DNA of 64,000 bases, taken from an uncultured Bacteroidaceae bacterium. Lineage in GTDB: Bacteria > Bacteroidota > Bacteroidia > Bacteroidales > SM23-62. The notes beneath the pieces were generated by a model. That model was given only the letters and a program-made list of their open reading frames with translations, was not told the DNA's origin and made no database searches. Numbering within the stretch: the first letter of the stretch is position 1; the number at the start of each line of letters is the position of its first letter. The stretch is taken from assembly GCA_964574985.1 (NCBI GenBank), contig CAZNPH010000015.1, forward strand, positions 42,206-106,205, in the 5' to 3' direction. Made by a program: the position numbers and the translations under genes. Below, piece after piece: positions 18,693 through 28,785 of this stretch.

Positions 18693-20921
18693 TTATGATT
18701 CTTCAAAATCGATCCGGAGCACTGCCGTGTCGGCACGACGCAGGTCTAGTGTGAACTCCGCCCCGGCATCCGCAGCCGCTTCCCCGGAAAAAGCATCGTA
18801 TACCGCTGCAGGCCGTGGCAAAACCACCTTGCGCTGGCCGCTGAAAGAAGCATGAAGAGCCAGGAGATCGTTCCAGGCAAAGACCTGTTCACCTGACCCG
18901 GCGTATATGTGCACCCCGGCTTCCCGGGCGATTTGCCGGAGCACAACGGCGGGCAAAGCCGGGGCTCCCGACCAGACTGACGTCCATCCGTCCAGCTTTC
19001 GCCTGAGAAGTGCCGGATATGCCGGCTGTAAATACCATCCCAGAATCTCAGTTTTCTCGTCATCCGGGGGCACCTTTCCTGCGAATACAGGCCGAAGCGG
19101 TGAATCGGTGCCGTACTGCACCAGGGTGCCGGTCAGGTGGCTGATGGCTTTTAAGGGCTGTGGCTGATCGCGGATCTCAACCGGTAATCCCGTGATCTTT
19201 TGCATCGGACCGGCCGATAAGCCCGACTGAGTCATGCAATCCACGGCATAGAGCCAGACCAGGGTGCGGTTGTCCCGGGCCAGTTGTTCCCTGATCGCTG
19301 CATGAACCTTTTCGCCTACCTTCAGCGCATTCATAAACACGGCCATGCTGTACTGTTCCAGCCGGCCCTTGCGGGCCAGCAAAGGGATGTCTTCCAGGTA
19401 AAAGATATCTATGGGAGCGCCCAGGTGTGAAAGTTCGGAGATCTGCCGGCTGAACAGCGCATCGGTCAGCGGCCGGTCCTGGCGTATATACCGTATGCTT
19501 TCCTTGCTGGTGAAGACAGCGATCTGCGATCCGCTCCTGAATGGTTTCTTCATATCCTTCCGGGCCAGTACGGCAAAATTGGCGATTTGCCTGACCAGTT
19601 CATCACTGCCGAACCAATGCTCGCCCGAAAAGTCATGCCAGTACTCGGCTCCGCCGACCGAAAGCGTACCGGCGAAATTCCGTGTCAGCACACCGATTGA
19701 CTGCCGGAGGGTGGGGCATTTCTGCTGCCAGCTCAGTTCGTCTTCCGTCATGTAAGTTGCCGTGTCTTCCTCCTCCCAGCTCAGCTTGCCGTGGAGTGAG
19801 ACCGAGCCGGCCGCATAGTGCTGAAGCCATATCCCGCCGGGCACCCGCTCATGATGGGAGTGGATCAGGCCCAGGAAATCGATGTCCGGGGATTTCAATA
19901 CCTTGTCGAATGCATGATGCCCGCTGTTGTGTACATGGGCCGGATGGGTGGCCGGCCAGAAATCGAATCCGTACCATGTGCCCACGATCTTCTCTGCCCC
20001 CACATCGGCAAGTGTTTCCTTGATCCGGCCGGCAACCTCGACACAGCTGCCGGCTACCACTTCAGAGTGATAGGTCAGGTAGTCGATGACGTTCCGGTTT
20101 TTTGCCGGGTTGAATAAGGCCGGTTCACCCCGTGCACGGGTACGGTTACGCGGAATTTCCACCGCGTCGAAACTTGCCCGGGGATCATTCCATGCCGACC
20201 GCAGCGTTTGGTTGTCTTTATAACGGTCACGCAGCCATTCCCGGAAACCGTCCCGCTGTACCCGGCTGTAATCGCTTAACAACTCATCCCAGGAATAGGC
20301 CCACTCGATCACCCCGCCATGGTAGAAATACGCCATGATGTTCTGCGCGTACCGTTCCTCACAATAGCGGACCATGCTGTTCATCCACCCTGCCATATCG
20401 CGCCGGTATTTTCTGGAAGCAAAAGAGGGCCGCCGTTTGTGCGGCTCAATGTTTACCGGCTTCCCTGTGGCTGCATCCAGATGGACCATCAGCTCTCCGG
20501 GATGTGCGTCAAGCCACCAGGTGGGCGGATGCCTGAGCAGCCGCATCATAAGGAGAATATCCGGATCAATATTCAGCAACCGGTTCATCTGAAGCTCGAA
20601 GGCCTCTGTATCCAGGCTCCCGTCTTCGCGGGGCGTAATCAAACCCAGCATGCGGAACTGGTGAATGCCCGCTTCGGAGAACTTTTGAAAGTCCCGGTAG
20701 GCGTTCCGGTGGCGGTCAGTCCGGTAGAAACCGTTGTGGGAAAAAGCCATGCCGGCATCGGGCCGGCCGTTGATGAACAGTCGCGGACTCCCGTTGTATT
20801 CGCGGACCGATGTTCTCAGCCGTTCCGGCTTTTCAAAAGCCAGGCCGGAGATGCCCAGTATCTCGACCATGCCGGCGGCGCCCAGTCCGCCACCGGCATG
20901 CAGAAATTGTCTTCTGTTCAT
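18693..20921 (-). CDS. Putative GH42-like glycoside hydrolase with a twin-arginine signal
   Basis: 742 aa. MNRRQFLHAGGGLGAAG is a TAT motif. DGFREWLRDRYKDNQTLRSAWNDP resembles the GH42 F-x-x-WL...LN-x-AW segment. It lies 11 nt upstream of the 16189-18681 gene on the same strand. Confidence 0.45.
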   Translation of the reverse strand: MNRRQFLHAGGGLGAAGMVEILGISGLAFEKPERLRTSVREYNGSPRLFINGRPDAGMAFSHNGFYRTDRHRNAYRDFQKFSEAGIHQFRMLGLITPREDGSLDTEAFELQMNRLLNIDPDILLMMRLLRHPPTWWLDAHPGELMVHLDAATGKPVNIEPHKRRPSFASRKYRRDMAGWMNSMVRYCEERYAQNIMAYFYHGGVIEWAYSWDELLSDYSRVQRDGFREWLRDRYKDNQTLRSAWNDPRASFDAVEIPRNRTRARGEPALFNPAKNRNVIDYLTYHSEVVAGSCVEVAGRIKETLADVGAEKIVGTWYGFDFWPATHPAHVHNSGHHAFDKVLKSPDIDFLGLIHSHHERVPGGIWLQHYAAGSVSLHGKLSWEEEDTATYMTEDELSWQQKCPTLRQSIGVLTRNFAGTLSVGGAEYWHDFSGEHWFGSDELVRQIANFAVLARKDMKKPFRSGSQIAVFTSKESIRYIRQDRPLTDALFSRQISELSHLGAPIDIFYLEDIPLLARKGRLEQYSMAVFMNALKVGEKVHAAIREQLARDNRTLVWLYAVDCMTQSGLSAGPMQKITGLPVEIRDQPQPLKAISHLTGTLVQYGTDSPLRPVFAGKVPPDDEKTEILGWYLQPAYPALLRRKLDGWTSVWSGAPALPAVVLRQIAREAGVHIYAGSGEQVFAWNDLLALHASFSGQRKVVLPRPAAVYDAFSGEAAADAGAEFTLDLRRADTAVLRIDFEES

Positions 20922-20982
20922 AATTATTTTTTATGGACATGCCTGTTCACAGTATCCCTGACAGCGGGTGCATAGGACCCGG

Positions 20983-21411
20983 TTATTTTCCAGACGTGTG
21001 TAATTTTACGAATAAATGACCGGAAAACACAATTTTTTTATTCGTAACGCAGAGCTTCGGCCGGATTGGCCCGCGCCGTTCGACAATCAGAATTGCCGCG
21101 ATCAGCAGGATGGCAATGCCCACGAGGGAAAAATTATAGATGTATTTTTTATCATGTGGTGGTTTGAATTGCTGTTCCACTTCAGGATCCAGGTGTATTC
21201 CGGTCAATGGCTGGAGAAGCATTCCGTACCTTCCTCCGGTTTCTGCGAATTCATCGATGCTGATGCCCATGAAATTCTGGGGTTCCGGTCCGATCTTCAT
21301 GGTCTTGCCCATGGGGTCCTTGTTGCCGAAAAGCCGGGCTGCGGCGGACTCGGCAAGTACCAACGTATGGGGCCGGTTGAGGGCTTTATCCGGAACAAAA
21401 AAGTTACACAA
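20983..21411 (-). pseudogene. FtsX/MacB-type ABC permease remnant
   Basis: It retains a MacB periplasmic-domain-like piece (LVLAESAAARLFGNKDPMGKTMKI), one TM segment, and, out of frame, the typical C-terminal ...NPAEALRYE. Full-length relatives are several-fold longer. Confidence 0.5.
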
Positions 21412-21520
21412 TTTTCTCTCTCTTTTTTTATTTGACTGTCAACTTGCCACCAAATCAATGATGCGAGTTTCATAAATAATTTGTACTTTTTGGAAGACTT
21501 TTGTTTTCAATCAATCCCCT

Positions 21521-22161
21521 GTGATCAATAAAAAGGACATGGTGTTTCTTTCCGGGGTGGCCTTGCTGATCCTGTCAGGCTGTGCGGCTACCCGGAACAT
21601 CTATTTCGATGCCCGGGCCCCCGCCATGCTGAATATTCCCCGGCATATCCAATCTTTGGCTATCATCGACCGGTCCGTCCCGGAAAACAAGGACCTGAAC
21701 TTGCTGGAAGGGATCATTACCGGGGAAGGTGTGAAGCAGGATAAGCTGGCCACCCGGATCGTGATTGACGGACTGGCCCAAAGTCTGCAAAATTCCACCC
21801 GCTACGATGTGATTCGAACCGCTGAACAGATGAAGGGCTCCGGGGCGGGCGGCAGATTTCCTGTCCCTCTCTCATGGGAGGAGATCGAAAGGGATTATTT
21901 TACCCGGCCGCGCAAAAACCCCTATCTGGCAGAAGGGGCAAGGATGATGGAGGTGAACGACTGGGACCGTGCGATCAGTGCATTGAAGAAAGCCCTGGAG
22001 ACAGGGGACATCAAGACCATGGGAAGGGCCGCTCATAACCTGGCGGTGGTTTATGAAATCCTGGGGGCAAATTCGGGAGCCGGAGATACAGGGACTACGG
22101 ATACATACTGACCCGCCGCATCAATGAACGGAAATTGCTGGAACAGCAACTGGAGGAATAA
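21521..22161 (+). pseudogene. Lipoprotein with a TPR-like C-terminus (DUF6340-like), probably internally deleted and frameshifted at the 3-prime end
   Basis: The lipobox is LILSGC. The ORF ends at 22111 in a G/T-rich tail, while a second frame continues as ...ILTRRINERKLLEQQLEE to 22161. The family call is from memory only. Confidence 0.35.
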
Positions 22162-22184
22162 TTTCCAATATTAAATATTTATTT

Positions 22185-22940
22185 ATGAGAACGAAACCTT
22201 TATTGTCCGTTATGATCCCCGTTGCTTTTTCCCTCGGGTATTATGCTACATTGGGCGATTGCAGCGCGCAGGTCCCGGAAGGATTTGTATCCCTGTTCAA
22301 CGGGGAGGATCTCGCCCACTGGAAAGTGCCGGAAGGCGACAATGGCCACTGGAAGGTCCTGGACGGGGTCATTGATTACGATGCCATGAGTGAGGCCGAA
22401 AAAGACAAAGCCCTATGGTCGGAAAAGGAATACCGGGATTTTGTATTGTATGTCGACTGGCGGATCAAGGAGACCCCATATAAAAATCCCCGGGTGCCCA
22501 TCATTTTGCCCAGTGGTTTGCACAAGCTGGACGAGAACGGGGAAGTGATCCGGATGGTGGTGCCGGATTCCGATTCGGGGATCTACCTGAGGGGAAGCCC
22601 GAAATCCCAGGTGAACATCTGGTGCTGGCCGGTCGGATCCGGTGAACTGTACGGCTACAGGATGGATGAAAGCATGCCTGCTGAAGTACGCGAAGCCGCC
22701 ACCCCGAAAATCCTGGCCGACAAGAATATCGGTGAGTGGAACACATTCAGGATCAAACTGAGGGGGAACCTGCTGAACGTCGAACTCAACGGCCATGAGG
22801 TCATTGTAGACGCCCGCCTTCCCGGATTGCCGAAAAAGGGCCCCATTGCGCTCCAGCACCACGGGAATATGGTGGACGGAAAATGGCTTTCCCCTCCCAG
22901 TCTCGTGCAGTTCAGGAATATTTACATCAGGGAATTGTAA
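22185..22940 (+). CDS. DUF1080 (3-keto-disaccharide hydrolase-like) domain protein
   Basis: FVSLFNGEDLAHWKV...HWKVLDGVI, DFVLYVDWRI, SGIYLRGSPKSQVNIW, GPIALQHHG and VQFRNIYIREL form the canonical DUF1080 pattern. Confidence 0.85.
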   Translation: MRTKPLLSVMIPVAFSLGYYATLGDCSAQVPEGFVSLFNGEDLAHWKVPEGDNGHWKVLDGVIDYDAMSEAEKDKALWSEKEYRDFVLYVDWRIKETPYKNPRVPIILPSGLHKLDENGEVIRMVVPDSDSGIYLRGSPKSQVNIWCWPVGSGELYGYRMDESMPAEVREAATPKILADKNIGEWNTFRIKLRGNLLNVELNGHEVIVDARLPGLPKKGPIALQHHGNMVDGKWLSPPSLVQFRNIYIREL

Positions 22941-22954
22941 ATCCAGGTAAAATT

Positions 22955-23002
22955 CCGGCGGAAAATATTCCGGGGATGCGTGCATCAGCCCGCCGGTTTT
23001 TC
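22955..23002 (+). terminator. Candidate intrinsic terminator after the DUF1080 gene
   Basis: CCGGCGG (22955-22961) pairs with CCGCCGG (22990-22996) and is followed by TTTTTCT. The loop is long (28 nt), so the call is weak. Confidence 0.3.
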
Positions 23003-23061
23003 TGTGGCTTTCAAGGGAAATTTGTTAGCTTTGAACCCAGTTTTCATTCAAAAAATCTATC

Positions 23062-24276
23062 ATGGAAGATGTATATGGTAACCTGATCAGTTCCCTTGCG
23101 GAACCCAATGACAAGCGGATCGTTCTGCTGGTGCTGGACGGACTCGGGGATTGTGACAACGACGGGAGGGGCACCGCCCTGCAGATCGCCGAAACTCCGA
23201 ATATGGACAAGCTCGCGCAGGGCAGCGCCCTGGGGCAGTTATATCCCGTGGCCCCGGCCATCACGCCGGGGAGTGGACCCGGGCATCTCGGACTGTTCGG
23301 GTATGACCCCGTTATTTACCAGGTAGGCAGGGGTATTCTGAGTGCCCTGGGGGTCGAGTTCGATATCAAGGCGGGGGATGTGGCCGCCCGTTTGAATTTC
23401 TGCACCATTGACCGGGAAGGGAAAGTCATTGACCGCCGTGCGGGGAGGATCCCCACAGATGTTAATGAAGAGCTCGTACAGGAGATCAGAAAGAATGTGA
23501 AGCCGCCGGAAGGAGTTGAGCTGTTTTTCGAGACCGAGGCGGAGCATCGCGCTTTGCTGGTTTTGCGGGGGCACGGACTCGATGACAATATCGGGGATAC
23601 CGATCCGCAAATGACCGGGGTGAAACCGCTGGAACCAAATGCGGGAGAGCATTCAAATTCCAGGACGGCCAGCATGGTCAGGGAAATCCTGGAACAGGTC
23701 CGTGAGATACTGAAAAACGAGGAAAAGGCCAATTTCATTCTTGCCAGGGGGTTTGCCAAACTGCCAGAATGGCCGATGTTTGCCGACCGTTACCGGGTCA
23801 GGCCCGCGGCCGTGGCAGGTTATCCCATGTACCGGGGGGTTGCCCGCCTGTTGGGCATGCCCGTTGTCTCACAGCCGACCACGGCTGAAGATATCTGCCG
23901 GGAGACCGTAAAGTTCCTGATGGATTACACTTTCCTGTTCTCTCATTTCAAATACACGGACAAGACCGGGGAAGACGGGGACATTGATGCCAAGGTTGAA
24001 GTGATCGAGGAAATGGACCGGGCCCTTCCCATCCTGCTGGAAGATCCGCCCGATGTGCTGGTGATCACCGGCGATCATTCGACCCCTCCGTCGATAAAGG
24101 CCCACAGCTGGCATCCGGTCCCGCTCCTGATGAAGGCACCTTACCTGAGGGGCGGATTCGCTGACCGTTTTGATGAGATTACCTGCCGGACCGGAGAGGT
24201 CGGCACCATATATGCCAGGGAACTGATGCCACTGGCCATGGCCCATGCAGGCAAATTGCAGAAATTCGGCGCCTGA
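23062..24276 (+). CDS. apgM: Cofactor-independent phosphoglycerate mutase, archaeal-type
   Basis: 404 aa. IVLLVLDGLGD, TPNMDKLA, VLVITGDHSTP and HSWHPVP are metalloenzyme-superfamily ApgM motifs. Confidence 0.85.
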   Translation: MEDVYGNLISSLAEPNDKRIVLLVLDGLGDCDNDGRGTALQIAETPNMDKLAQGSALGQLYPVAPAITPGSGPGHLGLFGYDPVIYQVGRGILSALGVEFDIKAGDVAARLNFCTIDREGKVIDRRAGRIPTDVNEELVQEIRKNVKPPEGVELFFETEAEHRALLVLRGHGLDDNIGDTDPQMTGVKPLEPNAGEHSNSRTASMVREILEQVREILKNEEKANFILARGFAKLPEWPMFADRYRVRPAAVAGYPMYRGVARLLGMPVVSQPTTAEDICRETVKFLMDYTFLFSHFKYTDKTGEDGDIDAKVEVIEEMDRALPILLEDPPDVLVITGDHSTPPSIKAHSWHPVPLLMKAPYLRGGFADRFDEITCRTGEVGTIYARELMPLAMAHAGKLQKFGA

Positions 24277-24294
24277 ACCAAAAACGCCTCCCGG

Positions 24295-25449
24295 TTAGTT
24301 ATCCACCAGGACCCGGTCGATGTTTTCAGGCAACCGGGTCAGCAGTTCGTAGTTCAGCAGGTTGTTCATTTCGCTGAATGATGCCACGGATATGTTTTGT
24401 TCCCCCTGGTTCCCGATCAGGACAACCTCGTCACCGGTCCGTACGTCCGGGACCTGGGTGATGTCTGCGATCAGCATGTTCATATTGACATTGCCGACCA
24501 CCGGCACCTGCTGGCCCCTGATGAGGACCCGGCCGTTGTTGCTGAGGATCCTGCTGAAGCCGTGGACATATCCGACCGGGATGACCGCTATGGTTTTCCG
24601 GTCCTGGGTAAAAAAGGAGGTCCCGTACCCTATGAATTCACCCTCTTTCACATGTTTGATGGTCATGATCCGGGTTTTCCAGGTCAGGACCCGCCTAAGC
24701 GGATTGTCTTTTTCCCGGGTATGATGAAAATACTGGATCATGGTTTCGGGGCTCGGCCAGTAGCCGTATAGGAGGATCCCGACACGCGCCATGTCCATCC
24801 GGGTCCTGGGGTAATTGATGCTGGCGGCCGAACATGCCGTGTGGCAGATTTCCGGGCAAGGGCCCTGCCGGGTGAACTTTTTCATCATCCGGTTGAACTT
24901 GCTGATCTGTTTCTGGATCCGTACGTGGTTGGCAATGTTTTCCGGACCGGCGTAATGTGTACAGATGCCCTTCAATCTGAGCAGTCTTTCGTTTTCCTTC
25001 AGCCACCGGAAAAGTCCGGGCAGGGAAGAAGCATCGAATCCCGTTCTGTGCAGTCCGGTTTCCAGTTCTATGTGTATCCTGGCCGGCTTGCCTCTCTTTT
25101 TGGCTGCCGGGATCAACTTCTTCATGACTTCATGGTCATAAACATAGAATTCGATCCCGTTTTCGATCACCCAGTCCATATCCCTTTCCGGGATCCAGCC
25201 CATGATCATGATGCTGCTTCCGGGTTTTTTGATCTTCCGGACACGGAATGCTTCATCGGTGCTGAAAACGGAAAAATGATCCACCCCGGTTTTTTCCAGA
25301 ACGGGCACAATGATCTCAATGCCGTGGCCGTATGCATTGCCTTTCACTACAGCCGACAACCTGGTTTCGGGACCGAGGATTTTTCTGATGAATCCGGTAT
25401 TATGGATCAGTGCCGGTTTGCTGAGCTCAATGACGGATGTACTGCTCAT
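24295..25449 (-). CDS. alr: Alanine racemase
   Basis: 384 aa. AVVKGNAYGHG is the PLP-lysine motif. Length and C-terminal beta domain are typical. Confidence 0.85.
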   Translation of the reverse strand: MSSTSVIELSKPALIHNTGFIRKILGPETRLSAVVKGNAYGHGIEIIVPVLEKTGVDHFSVFSTDEAFRVRKIKKPGSSIMIMGWIPERDMDWVIENGIEFYVYDHEVMKKLIPAAKKRGKPARIHIELETGLHRTGFDASSLPGLFRWLKENERLLRLKGICTHYAGPENIANHVRIQKQISKFNRMMKKFTRQGPCPEICHTACSAASINYPRTRMDMARVGILLYGYWPSPETMIQYFHHTREKDNPLRRVLTWKTRIMTIKHVKEGEFIGYGTSFFTQDRKTIAVIPVGYVHGFSRILSNNGRVLIRGQQVPVVGNVNMNMLIADITQVPDVRTGDEVVLIGNQGEQNISVASFSEMNNLLNYELLTRLPENIDRVLVDN

Positions 25450-25472
25450 GGATCAGTGCCGGTGGTTTGACA

Positions 25473-26567
25473 TTACATGTGCTTCTTACTGATAAACTTC
25501 GAGTTCAGGAGACGGGCAACCCCCATATAATTTGCTTCGAATTCTATGCTGTTTCCCACACGGTATCTTGGATCGCCGTTCTTGTCCGTGTTGTCCCCCA
25601 GGTCATAAACGGTCATGTCGGATGTGGTTCCCAGGAACTGCACGTTTTTGTCCACCGGGGTAATGTCCCGGGTGTCGACATCCAGAATGCCGAAATCCAT
25701 GATCCCCTTGTATGTTTTTACATTCCCGTTTTCCGAGGGATCGGAAATGTGTCCGATGCTGGCTCCTTCGATGACCCCCTCGGGTTTGACATCTTTTTCT
25801 TCCAATTCAATGATGTTCGCGAAGAACCTGAATGTGTCGGTGGACAGATCCCGGAAGGGGGCGTTGTCGTACGGACTGGTGCCGAAGAAAGCGGTTTCCC
25901 CGATCCTGAAATGATTGATCCCTTTGGGTAATCTGTCCATTTCCAGAACGGGAAGGGTAATGGAGCTCCCCCCTGAAACAAGCTCGATCCTGATATCAAA
26001 CTTTTCTTCGAGCAATTGTTTGTACAACACAAGCTGCAATAGCTTGTCGTACGTCGGTTCAACCCCGTACATGCAACCCAGGTTTGTTCCGATGCCGATG
26101 ACCCTGATGTTGGGCAGGTCAAAGATCTTTTTGTAGAATTTGACCACGTTCTTTCTCAGGATCCCTTCCCGCAATTCCCCCAGCTCGAGCATGATGATGA
26201 CCTTGTGGATCTTGTTCTGACTGATAGCCGCCCTGTTCAGCGCCTTGATGGTGGAGAATGAGGTGTTGGCCGAAATGTCCGCATAACGGACCACATTTTC
26301 TGCTTCCACGGATGCAGGCGGCTTGATGTAAATGGTGATCAGATCCGGTTTGACCTTTTTCAGCGTTTCAACACTTGATAATCTGGAATCTCCTATGGAA
26401 TGTATGTCTTTGAGCACGTCTTCACGGAGGATGACATTCAGCAGATCTATATCCCCTGAAAATACCTTGGTGACCAGACTCCAGCAAATACCCTGTTCTT
26501 TCAGGTATGTGCTGAGTTTTTGGATATTGTCCAGGATATTGCCTGTATTGATCTGTAATTCAGCCAT
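25473..26567 (-). CDS. Alanine/ornithine racemase family PLP enzyme (Orr / YhfX-like predicted amino-acid racemase)
   Basis: 364 aa. WSLVTKVFSG is a candidate PLP lysine. IGDSRL, IGIGTNLGC and FRIGETAFFG match the COG3457-type racemase layout. Confidence 0.65.
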   Translation of the reverse strand: MAELQINTGNILDNIQKLSTYLKEQGICWSLVTKVFSGDIDLLNVILREDVLKDIHSIGDSRLSSVETLKKVKPDLITIYIKPPASVEAENVVRYADISANTSFSTIKALNRAAISQNKIHKVIIMLELGELREGILRKNVVKFYKKIFDLPNIRVIGIGTNLGCMYGVEPTYDKLLQLVLYKQLLEEKFDIRIELVSGGSSITLPVLEMDRLPKGINHFRIGETAFFGTSPYDNAPFRDLSTDTFRFFANIIELEEKDVKPEGVIEGASIGHISDPSENGNVKTYKGIMDFGILDVDTRDITPVDKNVQFLGTTSDMTVYDLGDNTDKNGDPRYRVGNSIEFEANYMGVARLLNSKFISKKHM

Positions 26568-26578
26568 GAATACAAATG

Positions 26579-27034
26579 TTATTTCGGAGTATACCGCATT
26601 TCGGCATACTTGTTGGTAAATCCCATCTTTTCATACAGCCGTTTGGCCGGATTGTCATATTCGACATGCAGCTTGATGCTGCCTTTTGCCACTTCAAATG
26701 ATTTTTCAATGATCTTTCTGCCGATGCCCCGGCCTCTTTTATTCTCATCAACGGCTACATATACCAGTATATTCTCCGGGATATAATCTTCCATCCCGGT
26801 ACGGTTCATTACCAGTCCGCCCACCAGCTCCCCGTCAAGCCATGCCGCCAGCAGGAATCCTCCTTTCCCTTCCTGATCTGAAAATGCATAATCGATGGAT
26901 TTGCCGATGGCTTCCCCGGGATCGCCAAAACGGCCGAGATGTTCATGCATGAAATCAATAAAGGCATTTCTTCCCGGTTTTTGGTTCCAGTCCGATTCCT
27001 TCTGCAAAACTTCAATGTTCAACTTTTGTGTCAT
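26579..27034 (-). CDS. GNAT family N-acetyltransferase
   Basis: 151 aa. VYVAVDENKRGRGIGRKII is the acetyl-CoA motif A, and LYEKMGF is also present. Confidence 0.85.
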   Translation of the reverse strand: MTQKLNIEVLQKESDWNQKPGRNAFIDFMHEHLGRFGDPGEAIGKSIDYAFSDQEGKGGFLLAAWLDGELVGGLVMNRTGMEDYIPENILVYVAVDENKRGRGIGRKIIEKSFEVAKGSIKLHVEYDNPAKRLYEKMGFTNKYAEMRYTPK

Positions 27035-27043
27035 TTTGAATGA

Positions 27044-28195
27044 TTATAGGGTGTTCATATATTCCTGTATGGCGGCGAATGCCTGGATGCCGGTTCCAAT
27101 GAGCTCATCGGGGAAGTCATATCCGGGGCTGTGGAGTCCGGCATGTGTTTCTCCCGCTCCGATGCCGAAAAAAGCGGTTTTATACCTGGAACCGTACCGG
27201 GAAAAATCTTCGGACCACCGGAAAACTTTTTTTGCCCTGGTATACTGAATGTTCTTCTTTTTCAGGGCATTTTCGAGGATATTCATGGCTTCCGGGTGAT
27301 TTTCCAGGGCGGGGAAGGGCTCCGTGAAGCTTGTTTCCGGTTCCAGGTTTTCACGCCGCGCATGCCTGATTACCAGGCGGCCGGCCCTGTGTGACAGTTT
27401 TTCCATGTCACTGTTCTTATAAGCGCGGAGGGTTGCCCGGAGTTCGGCATATCCTGCCGATGTCCCGAAGGCGATCTCGCCCAGCCGGATGTGTACGATG
27501 GTGATCAGGGTAAAGGATGAAAAAAGGTCCTGATGGCCTGAGAGCTTTAAAAGATCCATGACGATCCGGGATACCGCAAGGGCCGGATTGATCCCTTTTT
27601 CCGGTTCTCCGGCATGGGCGGTCCGTCCTTTAAGCTTGATGAGCATGCCTTTTGAGGCGCAGGCAAAGGTGTTGTGCCTGATGATGATCCGGTGAATGGG
27701 GAACCCGGGAAGATTGTGCAATGCAAATACACAGGCAGGATCACAGGCGGTGAAATTTTTGTCTTCCATAACCCTGGCAGCTCCTTCACCCGTTTCTTCG
27801 GCCGGCTGGAACAGCAGGAAAGTTTTTCCTTTCCTGGGTGGGTGGTTGGCAAGATATTCCGCGAAACCCGCCATGATGGCCATATGTCCGTCGTGTCCGC
27901 ATGCATGGGATATTCCGGCCCGTTCCGACCGGTAACCGGTGTTGCCTGTTTCCTGCACGGGCAGTGCATCCATTTCGCACCGGAACATCAGGTTTTTTCC
28001 GGGTTCCTTTCCTTCAAAGACCATGATGAATCCGTTCCCCCCGGTATTGCCCATGATTTTCCCCGGCTGGAAGGATTTCAAAAAGCTGATGAGTTTTCCG
28101 GGGGTTCTTGTTTCCCGGCCCGGCAATTCCGGATGTTGATGAAGATCTTTCCGTAATGAGATAAATTTTTCTGTTTCGGGATACATGCACTGCAA
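27044..28195 (-). CDS. M20D amidohydrolase (aminoacylase / hippurate hydrolase family)
   Basis: 383 aa. LHQHPEL, ACGHDGHMAIMAG, LLFQPAEE and HNLPG are typical M20D metal-binding motifs. Confidence 0.85.
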   Translation of the reverse strand: MQCMYPETEKFISLRKDLHQHPELPGRETRTPGKLISFLKSFQPGKIMGNTGGNGFIMVFEGKEPGKNLMFRCEMDALPVQETGNTGYRSERAGISHACGHDGHMAIMAGFAEYLANHPPRKGKTFLLFQPAEETGEGAARVMEDKNFTACDPACVFALHNLPGFPIHRIIIRHNTFACASKGMLIKLKGRTAHAGEPEKGINPALAVSRIVMDLLKLSGHQDLFSSFTLITIVHIRLGEIAFGTSAGYAELRATLRAYKNSDMEKLSHRAGRLVIRHARRENLEPETSFTEPFPALENHPEAMNILENALKKKNIQYTRAKKVFRWSEDFSRYGSRYKTAFFGIGAGETHAGLHSPGYDFPDELIGTGIQAFAAIQEYMNTL

Positions 28196-28304
28196 ATATG
28201 ATCATAATTTTTTTATTATGATCCTGACCGGTGCCTGTTTCCTGCATTTGTGCCTGTTACATTTTCCTGCCGGGATGCGGGAGTGGATGCTGGAGAACCG
28301 GTGT

Positions 28305-28535
28305 TCATCCGGCGGACCGGATTCGGCCGTTGAGGATCTCTTCCAGCAAAATCTTCATTCCTTTTTCATTCAGTTCCAGGTCATTGGAAATATCGGTGAA
28401 GTATTTCCATTGTTCCTGAGAAAAACCATATTTGCGGAGCGTTCCCGGGGAAATATCAATGGAATTTCCACTCCGGATTTCACGGATCAGTTTTGCTAAT
28501 TCACCGGAAACTGCCGGATATTCCTCTTTGCTCAT
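28305..28535 (-). CDS. Small hypothetical protein (76 aa) at the head of the amidohydrolase-racemase gene string
   Basis: This is the ATG-initiated part (MSKEEYPAVSGELAKLIREIRSGNSIDISPGTLRKYGFSQEQW...) of the longer track ORF 28305-28967. The upstream part of that ORF is not protein-like. I recognised no family. Confidence 0.4.
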   Translation of the reverse strand: MSKEEYPAVSGELAKLIREIRSGNSIDISPGTLRKYGFSQEQWKYFTDISNDLELNEKGMKILLEEILNGRIRSAG

Positions 28536-28785
28536 GATTGGGTATTTTTGAGATAATCTGGTCTTACTGGTCTTACTCCAAAGATATAATGATTTTATGA
28601 AAAGACAAGTTTTGATCGCGAATGGTTGCTTTTGCATTACCGGGCATTCCTGATCAGGTTGATCAGCTGGACATTGTTCCTGACACCCGTTTTCAGGAAA
28701 AGGAACAGGTTCAGGCAGTGCCCGGAGCAAAAAAAATTGTGATTTTATGATAAGCTGAGTATATTTCAGATAAATATATTCAGAT

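Noticed and set aside
28560-28577. A tandem 9-nt duplication, GGTCTTACTGGTCTTACT, in the intergenic region upstream of the small ORF.
   Set aside because: It is a single short duplication with no further copies or symmetry, most likely a slippage event without demonstrable function.
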